DNA of 64,000 bases from Podarcis liolepis (Eukaryota). Location of the stretch: NCBI GenBank assembly GCA_965112155.1, contig OZ218114.1. One strand, written 5' to 3'. The stretch's first letter is position 1. Each line of letters begins with the position of its first letter. The notes below the pieces were generated by a model. It saw only the letters and a program-made list of their open reading frames with translations. It searched no databases and was not told where the DNA came from. The position numbers and the translations under genes were made by a program. This document shows, piece by piece, positions 1-12,720 of the stretch.

Positions 1-659
1 GTAGTATCTCAAGGAGGACCAGAAACTACTGAAACTCTGTGCCCCAACCACCAAGCAGTCCATCCCAGAAGGATAGCATGGCTGGTGGTACTTCGACACA
101 GAACTTTTGGGCTTCATACCATCTTGTCGCCTGAATGGGAGGAGAACACAAGGCCAAAATTTGATGCCCTTTGCTCTGTCTTCCCAAATCCAGATAAGTG
201 AGGTGCCAGGCTTTGAAAAGAGCTGTGCAAGTGTGGAGGTGTCAAATGTTGCCAAGGGGTGCCAGAAAAGGCCTGGAGGGCTGCATGCCCAGGCAGTATA
301 TTGGATTGCTCTGGCCTAAACAAAAATGTTTTAAGCAGGCACCAGAAAGTGTACAGTGAAGGTACATGCCTGATGTCAATAGGCAAGGAGTTTCAAAGTG
401 CAGGTACTGCCAAACTAAATTATCGTTTTTTACAAGTGCAGAATAAGTATTATGGACTTCTGTAACAATGACAGTTCCACAGATCGAAGCAGTTGGGTGG
501 GCATATATCGGGTGAGGCAATCCCACAATACAATTAAAGCAAACACAACAATATTCCAAGACAATTAGAAGAGCAGCTAAAACACAGCAAATCGTTAAAA
601 ATAACAAACTTCCATCTATTGCAAAACCCATCTAGCCAGTCACGGGCTCATTAATTATC

Positions 660-945
660 CACTTCTCCAGCTCCTCTCCATAAGGGTGGTCAAAGCCATT
701 TTTATGTCAGAACCAGATAACCAGGTTCAGCAGAGAGCCTGGCGCTGCGCAGCAACCACCCAGTCAAGCACCTTGTCCTCCTGCCAAATAGTTATTGAAA
801 TCCTTGAGGCACAGGAAAGTCTTCTTTGGGAGTAGCTTCACAACCACTTCCTCCAAAGTGGCTAGGGCCTCTTCTATCTCTCGTAATGAGGTACTACCTC
901 TGGAGATAATCAGTCAACCCAATCTTGCTACATGTTATGTAGGCC
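660..945 (-). mobile_element. L2-clade LINE ORF2 relic (RT-proximal part)
   Basis: Minus-strand translation ...TLEEVVVKLLPKKTFLCLKDFNNY...DKVLDWVVAAQ resembles the L2 motif LKEAVVKPLLKKxSLDP..NY..GKVLERVVAxQL. Confidence 0.75.
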
Positions 946-1243
946 ATGGCTAAGAACATAAGAAGAACCTGGATGCTGAATCAGACCAAAGGCCCATCTA
1001 CTCCAGCATCCTGTTCTCACAGTGGCCACCAAGATGTTCCCAGGAAACCAGGATCTGAGAGCACAACAGTGATCTCTCTGCTTGTGATTCCCAACAAATT
1101 GTATTCAGAGCCTTACTGCCTCCAACTGTGAAGGCAATAAACCACTATCATAGCTAGTAACCTTTGATAGCATTTTCCTCCATTAATTTGTCTAACTCAA
1201 TTTAAAAGTCATTCAAGTTGATGGCCATCCCTACATTTTGTGG
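946..1243 (-). mobile_element. CR1 3' end, inserted into the L2 relic
   Basis: TAAGAACATAAGAAGAAC...ATCAGACCAAAGGCCCATCT...CAGCATCCTGTTCTCACAGTGGCC followed by the antisense CR1 ORF2 end (…AATTTGTCTAA…GATGGCCATC…). Confidence 0.75.
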
Positions 1244-1780
1244 ACTACCTGGTATGGGCAAACTTTGAGCAGCCACACTGTAAGCCACACTCCCCTAAGC
1301 ACCTTGCCCATGTACTCAGACCACAGCAACTGAAAATCTTCCCAGAAAATGTGACTAGATGTTGCTCTGGACACGTTAATGATCTGCAAAAAGCATAATG
1401 TCCAAGTCGAGGTGGATACAAACAGCTCTAGCCTTGAAGTGCTTAGCAAATATGTCATTGTGCGATTCCAAGGCTGCCTCCACAGGTACCTCCACATTAT
1501 ACTGTTAGCCAAGCTGCTATCAGGCCCTGAACTACTTGGGGTCTACTAGACAGCACTCCATGCAAGCAATGGTAGCAGATAAAATTTCTTCCTTTTTTGT
1601 AGCTGTCTCCTCCACCCTGTAGGCTTGGTAATGAGCTTGTATGTGTACCTGTTCAGATTCACACTGAGTTTTCCAACACCTGTGTTCTAACAGCCTCCCT
1701 ACCTGCTTCATTGTCAAGAGTTCCACTAGAAACTAAGGGGCTGAATAAGCTCTGCATTGCAGGAGAGGGTTCTAGCATGT
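1244..1780 (-). mobile_element. L2-clade LINE ORF2 relic (EN-RT linker)
   Basis: ELLTMKQVGRLLEHRCWKT..AHYQAY..ATKK..SATIA and FWEDFQLL..KVLRGV..CP resemble L2 linker motifs. Confidence 0.7.
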
Positions 1781-4171
1781 GATGGTGTCCCTTTTGTGGA
1801 TCATCTTTGCATCCCGTGGAGCAACTAGGTCACTGTCAGGAGTGATATTCATTTGCTGATGTTCCTTCCATGAATGCAAGCTGCTCAGGGCTCTTTTGGC
1901 CACTATGCAGCCAGCAGGATCCCAGTTAGCTAACCCTACAGTTGGGCAGAAAAGCAGAGAAACCAAACACACCTAAAACAAATGAAGCCCCAGCCCCATT
2001 TAGAAAGGGGGCCTTTGGCACAGCCTGGAGCCTATTAATATTTATTGATGTGCTGCCTGTTAAGCTAAGGAGTGGCTGGCGGCCCTAAATGTGGGCTTCG
2101 TCTTGCTAATAACAGGGGGCCAGGCGCTCGGCAGGCTCCTTCAATGTTCTGTGCAGCCAATTTACTCATTTTCAATTACCCTTCCCAGCATGTCTGTGGG
2201 CCTTCCTGTAACATGCTTCCTGTGCCGTCTCACAGCCAAGGACTGATGCTCAAGATGATCTGTGGAAAAGAAGAGCTCCCCCATCACTACAGGTGGGGCG
2301 AAGGGAAGCTTAGTCTTGGTCCCCCACCCTTCTCAAACACACAGGGAGCTTGTGACAATAGGTAAAAGAGCCAAGAACTGGATTCCCTGCAGAGAAATCC
2401 AACACAATACTGGGCAAAACAACAACAAGTGACCGAGGCATTATTGGCTAGTCCAGCTCTGTTGAAAACATTCTGGTCCAAAGACAAGACAGGGAGGAAT
2501 AGGTAACCAAAATCTGGGACAAGTCAAAGGGAGGAGGAGATGGGTGGGGTGGATAGAAGTAACACCTGCAGCACAAGCAAGACTCACAAAGTTAAGAATG
2601 TGACGGCTAATTGTGACCATGATGAGGGACACAGGGCCCCTGGGTTGCCCGTGTGCTATTTCCATACCAACAGTGAATCTTCTACAGGTGGGCCAGAGGC
2701 CCCATCAGGTTACAATGTGAATGTGCATGCGCGCACACATACACTTGCACAAAAGTGTTTTGATGAAGCAACAACAACAGAGGAAAAGACCCCCTCAGAA
2801 CATACCGCATGGGGGAGGATGACAACTCACAGAAAGCCTGACAGGCGGCTGACAGTGACAAAGAACTCCTTGCTGCCAAATACCTGCAAAATTCTGCTTT
2901 CTCACCTGTGCCATCCAGGGGCAGACCGTTAGTCCCTTGACACTTGAACTCCAGAGTCTGAGCTGATGAAACCCTCCAAGAATGTTGGGGGCCACAAGTC
3001 AGTCAGTAAAGACCCAAGAATTCAAATTCAGATAAAGAACCCATAAACCAACAGACGTATTTGCTGCAGCTTGTGAGGAGCAGATTCATTCCCTAACAGG
3101 TACATGTACAAAGGGCATTTCAGAAAGAACAAAAGAAACTGTGAATTTTCAGAGCCAGAAAAGGGTCAAGAAGCAGCACATCATCAGGCTATGGGGAACA
3201 AGCCAGCCCCCGACGCAGCCCATGTATGCACAGAGGAGCTGGAAGCCTCTGGTGGTGGTGGTACTGCTGCTGCTGCTCCAGGTGATGGACATCCATCTTT
3301 CCAGCACTGACAGGCTCTGCCCAGGAGCATGCAGCAGACTGCAATCCTCCGCCAGGCTGAAATACAACAGCGGGAAGTCCCCAACTGTTCTCCATGTAGC
3401 ATTTAATCTTAATAACATTTCATCTTGGCTGACAAGCCCATGTAATGCGGTTTAAAAGCCACGACTGCCCTGACACCCTAACAGAGAGGAACAAAAAGGC
3501 TCTCTCCTCCCGTCTAATACATTTGCTAAGGTCACCGCTTTAAACCTTCTGACTGTATCTTACTTGCCAAGCTGGGAGGCTGCTTTATACAGCCACTCAG
3601 ATGAAACTGCGGGAGCTGCTCGTGTCCCCCTCCTTTCCGTTCAGGATTTCAGCTTGCGCTCCCCACCACACATGCACACTCAGTCTCTCCGTCTTTTTTT
3701 CTCAGCAAAAAGCATGAAAGTTCTTTATGTAGTACAAGTGCAAAGCTTTGAAGATGCAGCTGCAGAGGAAACCTCTCGCTTAGGGGGGAAAGCGGAGGCC
3801 AGACTGAGCTGGCAAAGGGGCAGCTGAGCCACAGAGAACCAAGAGAGGGCTGGGAGAGCCTTGCAGATCAGAGACTGGCTTAGACTTCATCCCTGCCTGT
3901 GACAGCCAGCCAAGCCTAGAGAGAAATTTTAGAAGTGAAATGAGTGCAAAAGATCCAGCAAGAGGATATCCAGCCAACTGGCCAGCAGCAGGGATCCAAG
4001 CCAATGGCACTCATCCAACCCTCCAGCCTGATTTCAGGTCATTAGAAGATGATGAAGATGAAGCCCCGCAATGCCCTACTGTCAGGCATTCTAAGACCAA
4101 ATAACTGGCAACTCAAGAACCTTTCCTCTTTGCGCTGCACAACAAAGAGTTGTCAGGACCGCTGGTCACTA

Positions 4172-4215
4172 TTGGTCTCACAGCCTGAAGCTGTTGGTCT
4201 CACAGCCTGAAGCTG
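4172..4215. repeat. Perfect 22-bp tandem duplication
   Basis: (TTGGTCTCACAGCCTGAAGCTG)x2. Confidence 0.95.
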
Positions 4216-4941
4216 AAACATCTTTGGTATTTCATGATCCTTGTTACTCTGAAGTCCAGAGCCTGCAGAAGAGGTCAGTGTTACCCAAAAGCTTGCAGCT
4301 AATGTTTTGAAGGCTACATTGCCACCACAGGATTAGAATTAGTCCTGTGTGGTTAAAGGGACACACACAAACAGCTGTGAGAACCCATAAGACAGGCAAA
4401 GTTTTACTTTAAACCTGTGACAATTTAAAGCCCACACAAGCTTCAGCCCACTCAGTTTCCATCCTCTACCCTGACTTGCCCAATGCCAGCAGGGTAAAGA
4501 ATGTGCCATTTAAAAGGGTGCAGTTTCCTGAACTTCTGCTTGCAACTGGGGTAGAGCCTCTTCTGCCATTTGCTATTATGTGGGGTTGAGCATGTGGGTT
4601 TTGGGGATAGCATGTCTTGTTTACAGTCACACAAGCCTGCAAATTCAATGGACTGGAGCCTCTGTCGTGTGAACCACAGAAAATGCAGACAACGCTCACT
4701 GGAAAGCAGATGCTGCTTACCATGCATGATCACACAATTGCTCAATTCTAGGGGATGGCGGGGAGAGATGCAAAAAAGATGGTGCTGATAAGCAAACCCT
4801 GCAGCAGACCCATCATCCCTCTGAATAACCTGCCTGCTATCCCAGATAGCCCAAGAAAATGCAGGAGCAGGAGCAGCAACAAGAAGAGATTGCCAGGCAC
4901 AGCAGGGATTGTAAACAGTGCAAACAGAAGCTAGGCACATC

Positions 4942-4942
<1 letters not shown>

Positions 4943-4993
<51 letters not shown>
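4943..4993. repeat. Compound (TC)n(AC)n microsatellite
   Basis: Seen directly. Confidence 0.97.
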
Positions 4994-4997
<4 letters not shown>

Positions 4998-5127
4998 TGT
5001 GGTGGGCATGCAACGTTTCCTACCATGTTCCAAAATAGGCATAGAAACCCCACTGGTTACATGACATTTTACCTCCCATCCACTCCATCCCACAAACCAC
5101 CATCCCTTTGAAACCAGAAGAGGTCAA

Positions 5128-5310
5128 GATTAAGAGCTGTTCAACAGTGGAACAGGCTCCCTCGGGAGATTATGGACTCTCCTTCATTGAAGGTTTTTAA
5201 GCAGAAGTTGGCTGGCTACATGCCATGGATGCTTTAGTTGAGATTCCTGAATTGCAGGGGGTTGGACTAGATGACCCTTGGGGGGGTCACTTCCATTCTA
5301 AGATGTTAAG
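5128..5310 (+). mobile_element. CR1 3' end
   Basis: AAGAGCTGTTCAACAGTGGAACAGGCTCCCTCGGGAG...GGTTGGACTAGATGACCCTT...TTCTAAGAT, the typical CR1 terminus. Confidence 0.85.
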
Positions 5311-5329
5311 CAGAGCAAAATTCACTGAA

Positions 5330-6110
5330 TCATACAATAAGCCACCTCATCCAACTCCATAGCAAGAGCATCCTCAATAGATGGCTGAAGGCCTCCAGTG
5401 AGGGACAATCATAAATATCACCATTAATTTGGTCCTTTTGTCCAATTGCTCTTACCAGAGAGATTTCCTGCTTCATTCTTAACTGAAATCTATTCTCCTA
5501 AGATTTAAGTCCTCTGATCTAGTCTTTGTCCTTCAGAGATATGAAGGATTTTCTCATTTCCCACCCCGTCTTTTTCCTCCAGGCTAAATATGCTCAGTTC
5601 CTTCAACCTTCCTCATTCTGGCATTGGCTGTTTTTGTGGTTTTTATTTTTTATGATTTTAAATGTACATTGTACTTAATGTATTTTTTAGGTTTTAGTAA
5701 CCTGCCCTGGAACCATCTGGTAAAGGGCGGGGCTATAAATAAATGAATAAAGCAAGTTCCTTTTGCAGGACTCCTTTTCCCTATCATCTTCATTGCTCTC
5801 CTCTGAACTCATTTCTAATTTGTCTGCAATACATTCTTCTTAAAGTACAATACCCAGAACTGGACACAGGACTCCAGGTGAGGTCCGACTAATGCATAAT
5901 AAAGCAGAACTATTCCCATGACTTGGAAATTATGGTTCTATTAACGCAGCCTAAAATTGCATCTTGCAGCCACATCCCTGCTGACTAATATTTTGTTTGT
6001 GATCAACTACAAATCCAAAGTCTTCTCCACACGTCCTACCGCTAAGCCAGGCATCCCCTATCCTATACATTTTATATTTTGGCTAAAATGCAGAACATGG
6101 CTCTTTTCCC
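5330..6110 (-). mobile_element. Older CR1 ORF2 3' relic, interrupted by an L2-type tail at about 5615-5750
   Basis: CCAGGCTAAA..CAGTTCCTTCAACC and CCCAGAACTGGACACAGGACTCCAGGTGAGGTC are antisense CR1 motifs. Confidence 0.75.
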
Positions 6111-7914
6111 TGACCTTTTACACCTAAGATGAATATTTAGGACCCCCCACCCCCGTTCTTGTTACTTTAATTTGTTTTAAACTGTTTTAAACATTCTTTT
6201 TAAATTGTTGTGACCTGCCCTGGGACCTTAGGGTGAAGGACACGTAAAATAATAATTAATAATAAAAGGTACAGCTCTGCAGAAAGGTTTGTTGGTTTCC
6301 CCATCTTGTCTTTCCCTGCACATGGATGTTAGGAAAAGGTCCAGAGGGACTCCATGGCCAAACCAAGTCCTTACATCGGCTGGGGGCATTATTTGTTTCT
6401 GGCCAAGAAAGGGAAAAGGTCAGTTCCCACAAACCACAGTGCTCCCAGCCACTACAAGGATATTCAGTGTTAATGCAGGAACTTGTTTATGAGAATAAAC
6501 AGCTAGCCAATTCCAGCCTGGCTATGCCTTTGCAGATAGACCTCCACTCCACTGGCACCACAGCTGAAGTCTGTGCTGAAGAGACTTCAGCCTTTTTCCA
6601 TCTGCTCATGCTGGGCTGCACAAAACATCTCCCGCATCCCTACCCCATTTCGAAAGCAAGGCAGCAAACCTAGGACTTTGAGCAGCAGGAGAGCATCACG
6701 TTCCCTCCTTACAGTAGTAGGATGGCAAAATCCCAACCAAAGAAGGTCTCTGTGTCACCACTGGTGACTGGGTGGCAGCTCCAACAAACGCAGGTGATCC
6801 ATTATTTACATATTCAGTTTCTAAATATTGATGCTAAAAGCACATTCCAAGACCGACCCCACACTCGGCTTCTCTTCAGATGGGCTTTTCACGCCATAAG
6901 GAGCCCCTTTCCAGAGGAGCTATGTGGGTCCAAAGCTCTTGCCAGGACGGAGCCATTACGCACAAGAAACGGCCCCCTTTGCCCCCTCCTCCCCAAATCA
7001 CTTAAAAGCTCAAGCAAGCTTAATCAGTCCAAGCCGGAGAGACCCAATGCACAGCGTGTTGCAAGCTAAGAAACTTCACTTTACAGCACTGGCAGGCTGA
7101 TTCCAATATTTTCATCCTGGGTACACACACAGTCTAGCATTCCCCCACTGACCCATTTTTACATTCAGGTAACTTAAGCAGCCAGTGTGCCCAGCACCTC
7201 CAGTGCCTTTCCCCTGCTCTCCAGTGCTGCTCACCCAAGGCTAACTGGGGGCCCCTAGACAAAGACAGCAACCGCTAGAGCACTGCTAATAGGCCAGAGG
7301 AAACACCCACTGACTCCGGCACCTCCCTCCAATGGCAGAAGAATCTTCAAAAGCATGTTTCACCCACCACCAGCAGAAAACTATTTAGGAATAAAGGAAG
7401 CCTATCAGAAGGAACATGCTGGATGGGCAGGTATGGCCGCCCTTTAACACTCAGGGGTTCCAAGAGTTCCGTCTCTCCAAACAGAAGGAAACAGAAGGAG
7501 GACATGCAAAGCTGTTCATGAAGGACACACAAAGTACAAATGGCACATGCCTCCGAAAACAGCAACATCCAGCCAATCAGCATGCAGCCCCTGGAGGGTT
7601 AGCCACTGATCCAAATCACTGCATAAGTAGAGGGGATGTTTTCCTCTTGCACTACAATCCCAAGAATTCCCTGAAAATGTCTGCTGCAGAAAACTGCAGG
7701 TTGAAGAAAGTTGCCCTTGTCAGAATTTCAGTGCACGGAAACGTCTTTACCCCTCCTCCATGGTGTAATCCAGATCAGGGTTTCACAGCTACAGTACTAC
7801 TAAAACACGAACATGTGAAAATGCATTTAACAGAAAATTTGGCGTGGCCCTAAGCTCACCCTACAAGACTCACACAGAGGGAGCCATAGAGAAGTGGGAA
7901 GGCTCACATTACAC

Positions 7915-8010
7915 TTTCTCATGTTGCAGTACTACAACTACCCATCCCTGACCATTGGCCATGCTAGCTGGGACTGATTAAAGTTGTAGTTCAGCAACAT
8001 CTATAGGGAT
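7915..8010. mobile_element. Degenerate copy of the palindromic MITE family
   Basis: ACTACAACTACCCATCCCTGACCATTGG...AGTTGTAGT core shared with the 10063 and 19241 copies. Confidence 0.65.
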
Positions 8011-9584
8011 AGAGGCTAGAGGCCTGCACTCTAAGGACTGCAAGGAATCCACAAGGTGCACTTGCTCTTTGCTCCTCAAAACCATCAGCGATAAATCCCC
8101 ATATTCATTTCCCCTCCCTTGACAGCAATTTACAGCTGCTTTATGGCAGACATCAAATAATCCACTTGCTTTCTCTTAGTTTATGCTGTCCCCTTGGGGG
8201 AGCAGCAGGTCAGTGGGTTAAAATCACCCAGGAAATACCCTTGTGGCGGAACACAGATAAACATGTATTACAGATCCGGAAGCGAGCCACAAAGTTCACC
8301 TCTGCCACACGTTCAGTACATCTCATAGCCAGCCAGGGAGAGTTGAGTGGCAGCTGGAAACCAACAGCACATTCCATGGCAGCTCCTTTCTCATTTGTCA
8401 ATGTGCAGCCTCTCTTCCTCGAACCATTTCACAAGATGGTGAGGGAGCACCACAAGATATAGTGGGGCTCTCGCAACATATCTCTGGAACCTGAAAGCCA
8501 CAGCCATGCCCCCAGTAAGCGAGGCCTCTGCAGGGGCAGCAAGGTGGGGCAGGAAGGCATGGGGTAACACTTTCCCATTTCTCCTCAGGCAGCAAAATAG
8601 GATGGGCTGCCCCTGGTCAGTGAGGATCTGGTTGCACTACACTGAGCAAGATTTTGGCCCAAGAGATCTCATTGTATTTAGCTTGTGGAGTGGCACACAC
8701 TATGAGCATCTGAGCCCTTTGAATGGTTCAAAAACAAGCAGGGCTCAGAAGTCATCAAAAGCCAAGTTTAGAGCACCAGGCTTACAAGTATGAGGACGCC
8801 AGAAGTGCAATGAAAGACCTTAATGAAGCAAGACAGTCTAGCACTGAAATTTACTAGTGCTTGTGGTAGTTAAAGCAGAGAAAAGAAATTATTGTCAATA
8901 TGCACAGCAGAAATTAATTTTCTAAAAAGCCATGGAAGCTTATGTGTGGGGCTTGTGCAGAAGTAATGGGTCTTACAGTTACAGATTTTGGAAGTGGGAA
9001 ATGGGTCCTGGAAAAATCAGTTCTGCCTCAGTTCTAGACAATACTTAGGTGTCTTGGGCTGCTTCCTTCTTATACCTTTCAGCTTTATTTGTTTATTGCA
9101 CTGATACTTAAGTCCTGCAAGATTTGGCTTGGATCACTGTGAAGGCTCATTCCCTGACTTGCTGAAATGCCTCCACTTATCATAAAAAGCTATGTTGCAA
9201 TTTTGAATTAATTAAAAGCTATAAATTTCCAAAGGTAGCTGCGTTAGCTCATATCCGCACCTTCCAAAAGAAAGGATGAAAGGAAGGCCACAAACATTTG
9301 TGCACTATGGCTTAACATGTCCTTCAAGACAGCACATTCAGCCCCTGCCAAGCCTCCCTCCACGCTCTGGGCTGGTGCAAAGAAGGGAGAGCCCTACTGA
9401 AAAAAAGATTGCGTGCCCGAGGTCACAGAATCGCAACATGTTTTGCAGGTATTCCAACAAGAGTCTCAAACTCTGAAGTACACAAAACTGGTGCCGGAAA
9501 ACTAAAAATATGTGCTTGAGTCATAAAGTACTTTATTGCACTATCAACAGATCTTCACTAACAAATATAAGTGGATATAGGTGG

Positions 9585-9960
9585 AGAGGCAGCTTCTCAG
9601 ATACCCTGGTCCAGAACCGTACAGGACTTTATACACAAGTAGTAGTAAAACCTTGAAACTAATTGGGTAGCAAATTGACACCCAGCACAACACTTTCAAA
9701 AAAGGAGTCACATGTTGTCAGTAGGTTGCCCCAGAGAGTAACCATGCAGCAGCATTTTGCATTAGCTGCAGCTTACAGAGCATATTCAAGGACAGCCCCT
9801 CATAAAGCACATTACAGTAACCAAGTCTACAGGTTACCTATGCAATGGGCCACAGTCGCCAAACTATCCCTGTCAAGAACAACTGTGGCTGGTGGACCCT
9901 CCAAAGCTAGTAAACACCACCCCTGGACACTGAAGGCACTTGAGACTCCAGTGACAATGC
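9585..9960 (-). mobile_element. L2-clade LINE ORF2 3' relic
   Basis: Antisense to GLSL..LQLMQNAA and YLRSCL motifs. Similar to 32200-32500. Confidence 0.65.
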
Positions 9961-10062
9961 TCAATCAAGGAGATTTCAGACCAAGTTCTGAGAAAGCACA
10001 ATGCACACAGCTGTGGAGCTCACCTAATTGGCATGTGCCTCTTGTCCTCTTATCCGCTAGAT

Positions 10063-10198
10063 CAGTGATGGCCACACTTGGCCCTCCAGCTGTTTTGGGA
10101 CTACAATTTCCATCATCCCTGACCACTGGTCCTGTTAGCTAGGGGTGATGGGAGTTGTAGTCCCAAGACAGCTGGAGGGCCAAGTTTGGCCATCACTG
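10063..10198. mobile_element. 136-bp palindromic hAT-type MITE
   Basis: TIR CAGTGATGGCCA...TGGCCATCACTG. 8-bp TSD CGCTAGAT/CTCTAGAT (7/8). Self-complementary arms. Confidence 0.9.
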
Positions 10199-12541
10199 CT
10201 CTAGATCTAGGGGTGGAGAGGGAAGAGCTTCAATTCAAAGGGGTGATGGTAGGGATGGTGGGTCTCCCAAACCTGCCTTCTTTCCCCCAATGAATGAGTC
10301 AATAACTTCAGTGGAATCAGATGCTGGCACTAACAACCCCTCCTCCTAGGCAGGGGTCCATCAGGGACATCTCCCAGACTGTCCAATTCTACTCCTTTTC
10401 CCTGCCTTCATGCAAATGTGGAGTGAAGCCTGGGCATTTCTCAGTCTCAGTTTAAGAAAGAGTCACCTTCCCTTACACTGAAGGTTCTGACAAGGTCCCT
10501 TTTTGTACAAGAGACACGTCCCTATCCCATTGCTAGCATGCATGCAGGAAGCAAAGCATTCATTTCAGGATGCTCACCTTATCCCCTTATGGCCTTGTCA
10601 TAAGCACAACAAGGCAAGCAGAGCTGGGAAACACATTGCAATCTATCCCCTATTTTCTGAGCCAGCTCACAGCTGGTTGGCTATGAAGGTTAATGGGAAT
10701 CCGATTATTTTCTCCTCTCCTCCTTTATTCCTTTATCCATTTGCATCATAGAAAACTGAAACAAAAGCTGTGTTTTGCATCTCCGCTCATTACTCCCTTA
10801 TATTTGTTAATATCTTTACCTTTAAGCCAAGAAGAGAAGAGTTATCAAGGTGCATGGAGCTTCAGGCATTACAGTATGCATTTAGGAACCTGCTTTCCTG
10901 AGTGAAAGCCCAGTCACAGGCCACCAGAAGCAGGTTGCAAAGATCGTTTCATTACCTGTTGTCATTCCTCACACCGGGTGACAAGTGTAAGTTGAACACT
11001 CAAAATATGAAAAGGTCCTGGGTAATGACAACTTCACCATCATATTCAGCTCTTCTTCTATACCTGCCCACAAACTAAAAGTATAGAAGTAACAGGGTGC
11101 ACCACAGAGGCGAGCACCAGCAACACCTGGAGTTCAGTGGGAGGGCACCTGTTTTACATGCCTAATATCCCCAGGTCAACCTCTGACATCTTAGGCAACT
11201 GGAGGGATCCTGAAGAGAGGTGCCAGGTTGGAGACCATCCTGGTGAGAAGGAAGCATCTTCGTAAATTCACACTATCCTCATGTTTCTCAGGGTTTAACA
11301 AATCACCATATAAACTTGTAAAATGTGAGAAAATAAAAAACATGTACTAGGAAAGTGGGATTCCTTTTGTGGAATATACTTCCAAGTGAGAGTGTTCAGA
11401 AACAAGGCATTCCATTAAAATCAACAGCATTTTAAGCCCAAGTTTTCTGGACTTCAGTATTACGAATGCTCTGTCATTTGTTCAGCTACATAGGCCCTGG
11501 GGCTCTTCCCTACAGGAAGAAGGAAGGCCCCTTTCCCTTATGAACAGAACAGCAGGAACTAAAGATGTCAATAGCTCACTAGGATTCATACATCAGTTAA
11601 CAAAGCACAAATAAAAGTTTGTGTCTTCTGTCATTGGGCCAAGCTCCACCCAAGTCTCCTGGCATGGTGGCTGAAACAGCCAAGCCATAACCCTGATCCC
11701 TGTCAGGATAGACTGGGATCATATGCAGAGGAAGAGATTGACTCCTGGACAGAACCATGTGCAAGAGATAAGTTCACCATACATGATGGCGGCAATTCCA
11801 AATGAGTGGTTTCCTATGAATTCTCTCCTCTTCTGGTGTATGCCTTGTCTTGCTAGTAGCAGTCTTTCATATCAGTTCTTAAGAGAATCAAGCAGTCAAT
11901 AGAGGCCTGTTGTTATCCCTTGCAATGAGTCACTCACCATTTACCCATGGTCAGTTATAGAAAGACAGTCTTAGATTTTAAAATATGTGGCCATCAACAA
12001 AGGAAAAACATATTCAGTAATGTGTCATAATTTATCCTTAGTGACTCTGCTTGATGTACTTGCTTGAGTTCCTGATTCTTTTGTTTTATTTTTTATTTTG
12101 TTGCAAATCAGAAATAAAACTGTTTTTAAAAGTTTTAAACTAGGTTTCACAGGTTCTTGGTTTCAACTGCTACCCAAAAACCCAGCCAGTGCTGCAAATC
12201 ACTGAAATCAGCCATGTAGCATCCAAATGATGCAGCTCCCCAAGTTTGGGGGGATATACCAACTAGAAGCGCTATGGATGGGCTTCCCGCTACACCCTCT
12301 GTGAGTAAGGACCCCAGAGCAAGTCAAGTCCCCCACCCACCCAACTGCTCACAGACACTGTTCACAAGGGCCTCACTCAGGAGAAGCTGCTGGCTAATTA
12401 TAGGATAATGAAGGCCCAGCCAGAGGATTTCGCTGCCTGCATCACAGTGGGGCAGATCAGTGCATTAGTGTCATGCTTCCTTCTCTGCAGGATCAACAAC
12501 AATTTCTGAAGGGGTGGCAGCCATCTCACCCACTCTCTTGC

Positions 12542-12720
12542 AGCAAAAGCAAGGAGGAGTCTTGTGGCACTTTAAAGTCTGGTGGTTTTATTTCAGCTGA
12601 AGCTTTTGTGGGCTGCTCTATCAAATGTATCTGGTGAAACAGAATCTAGTTCATGAAAGCTTATGCCATAATAATTTTTCTAGTCTTTAAGCTGCTGCAA
12701 GACTGCTTGTTGTTTTTGCT
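12542..12720. mobile_element. Inverted pair of Penelope-like terminal sequences
   Basis: AGCAAAAGCAAGGAGGAGTCTTGTGGCACTTTAAAGTCT is imperfectly inverted with AGTCTTTAAGCTGCTGCAAGACTGCTTGTTGTTTTTGCT. A related fragment lies at about 15960-16028. Confidence 0.6.

Noticed and set aside
3790-4260. Second solo LTR
   Set aside because: The composition is vaguely LTR-like, but I could not find TG...CA ends with a TSD.
4452-5093. 213-aa minus-strand ORF
   Set aside because: Runs through the (TC)n(AC)n microsatellite (CVCVCV/ERERE) and has no recognisable domain.
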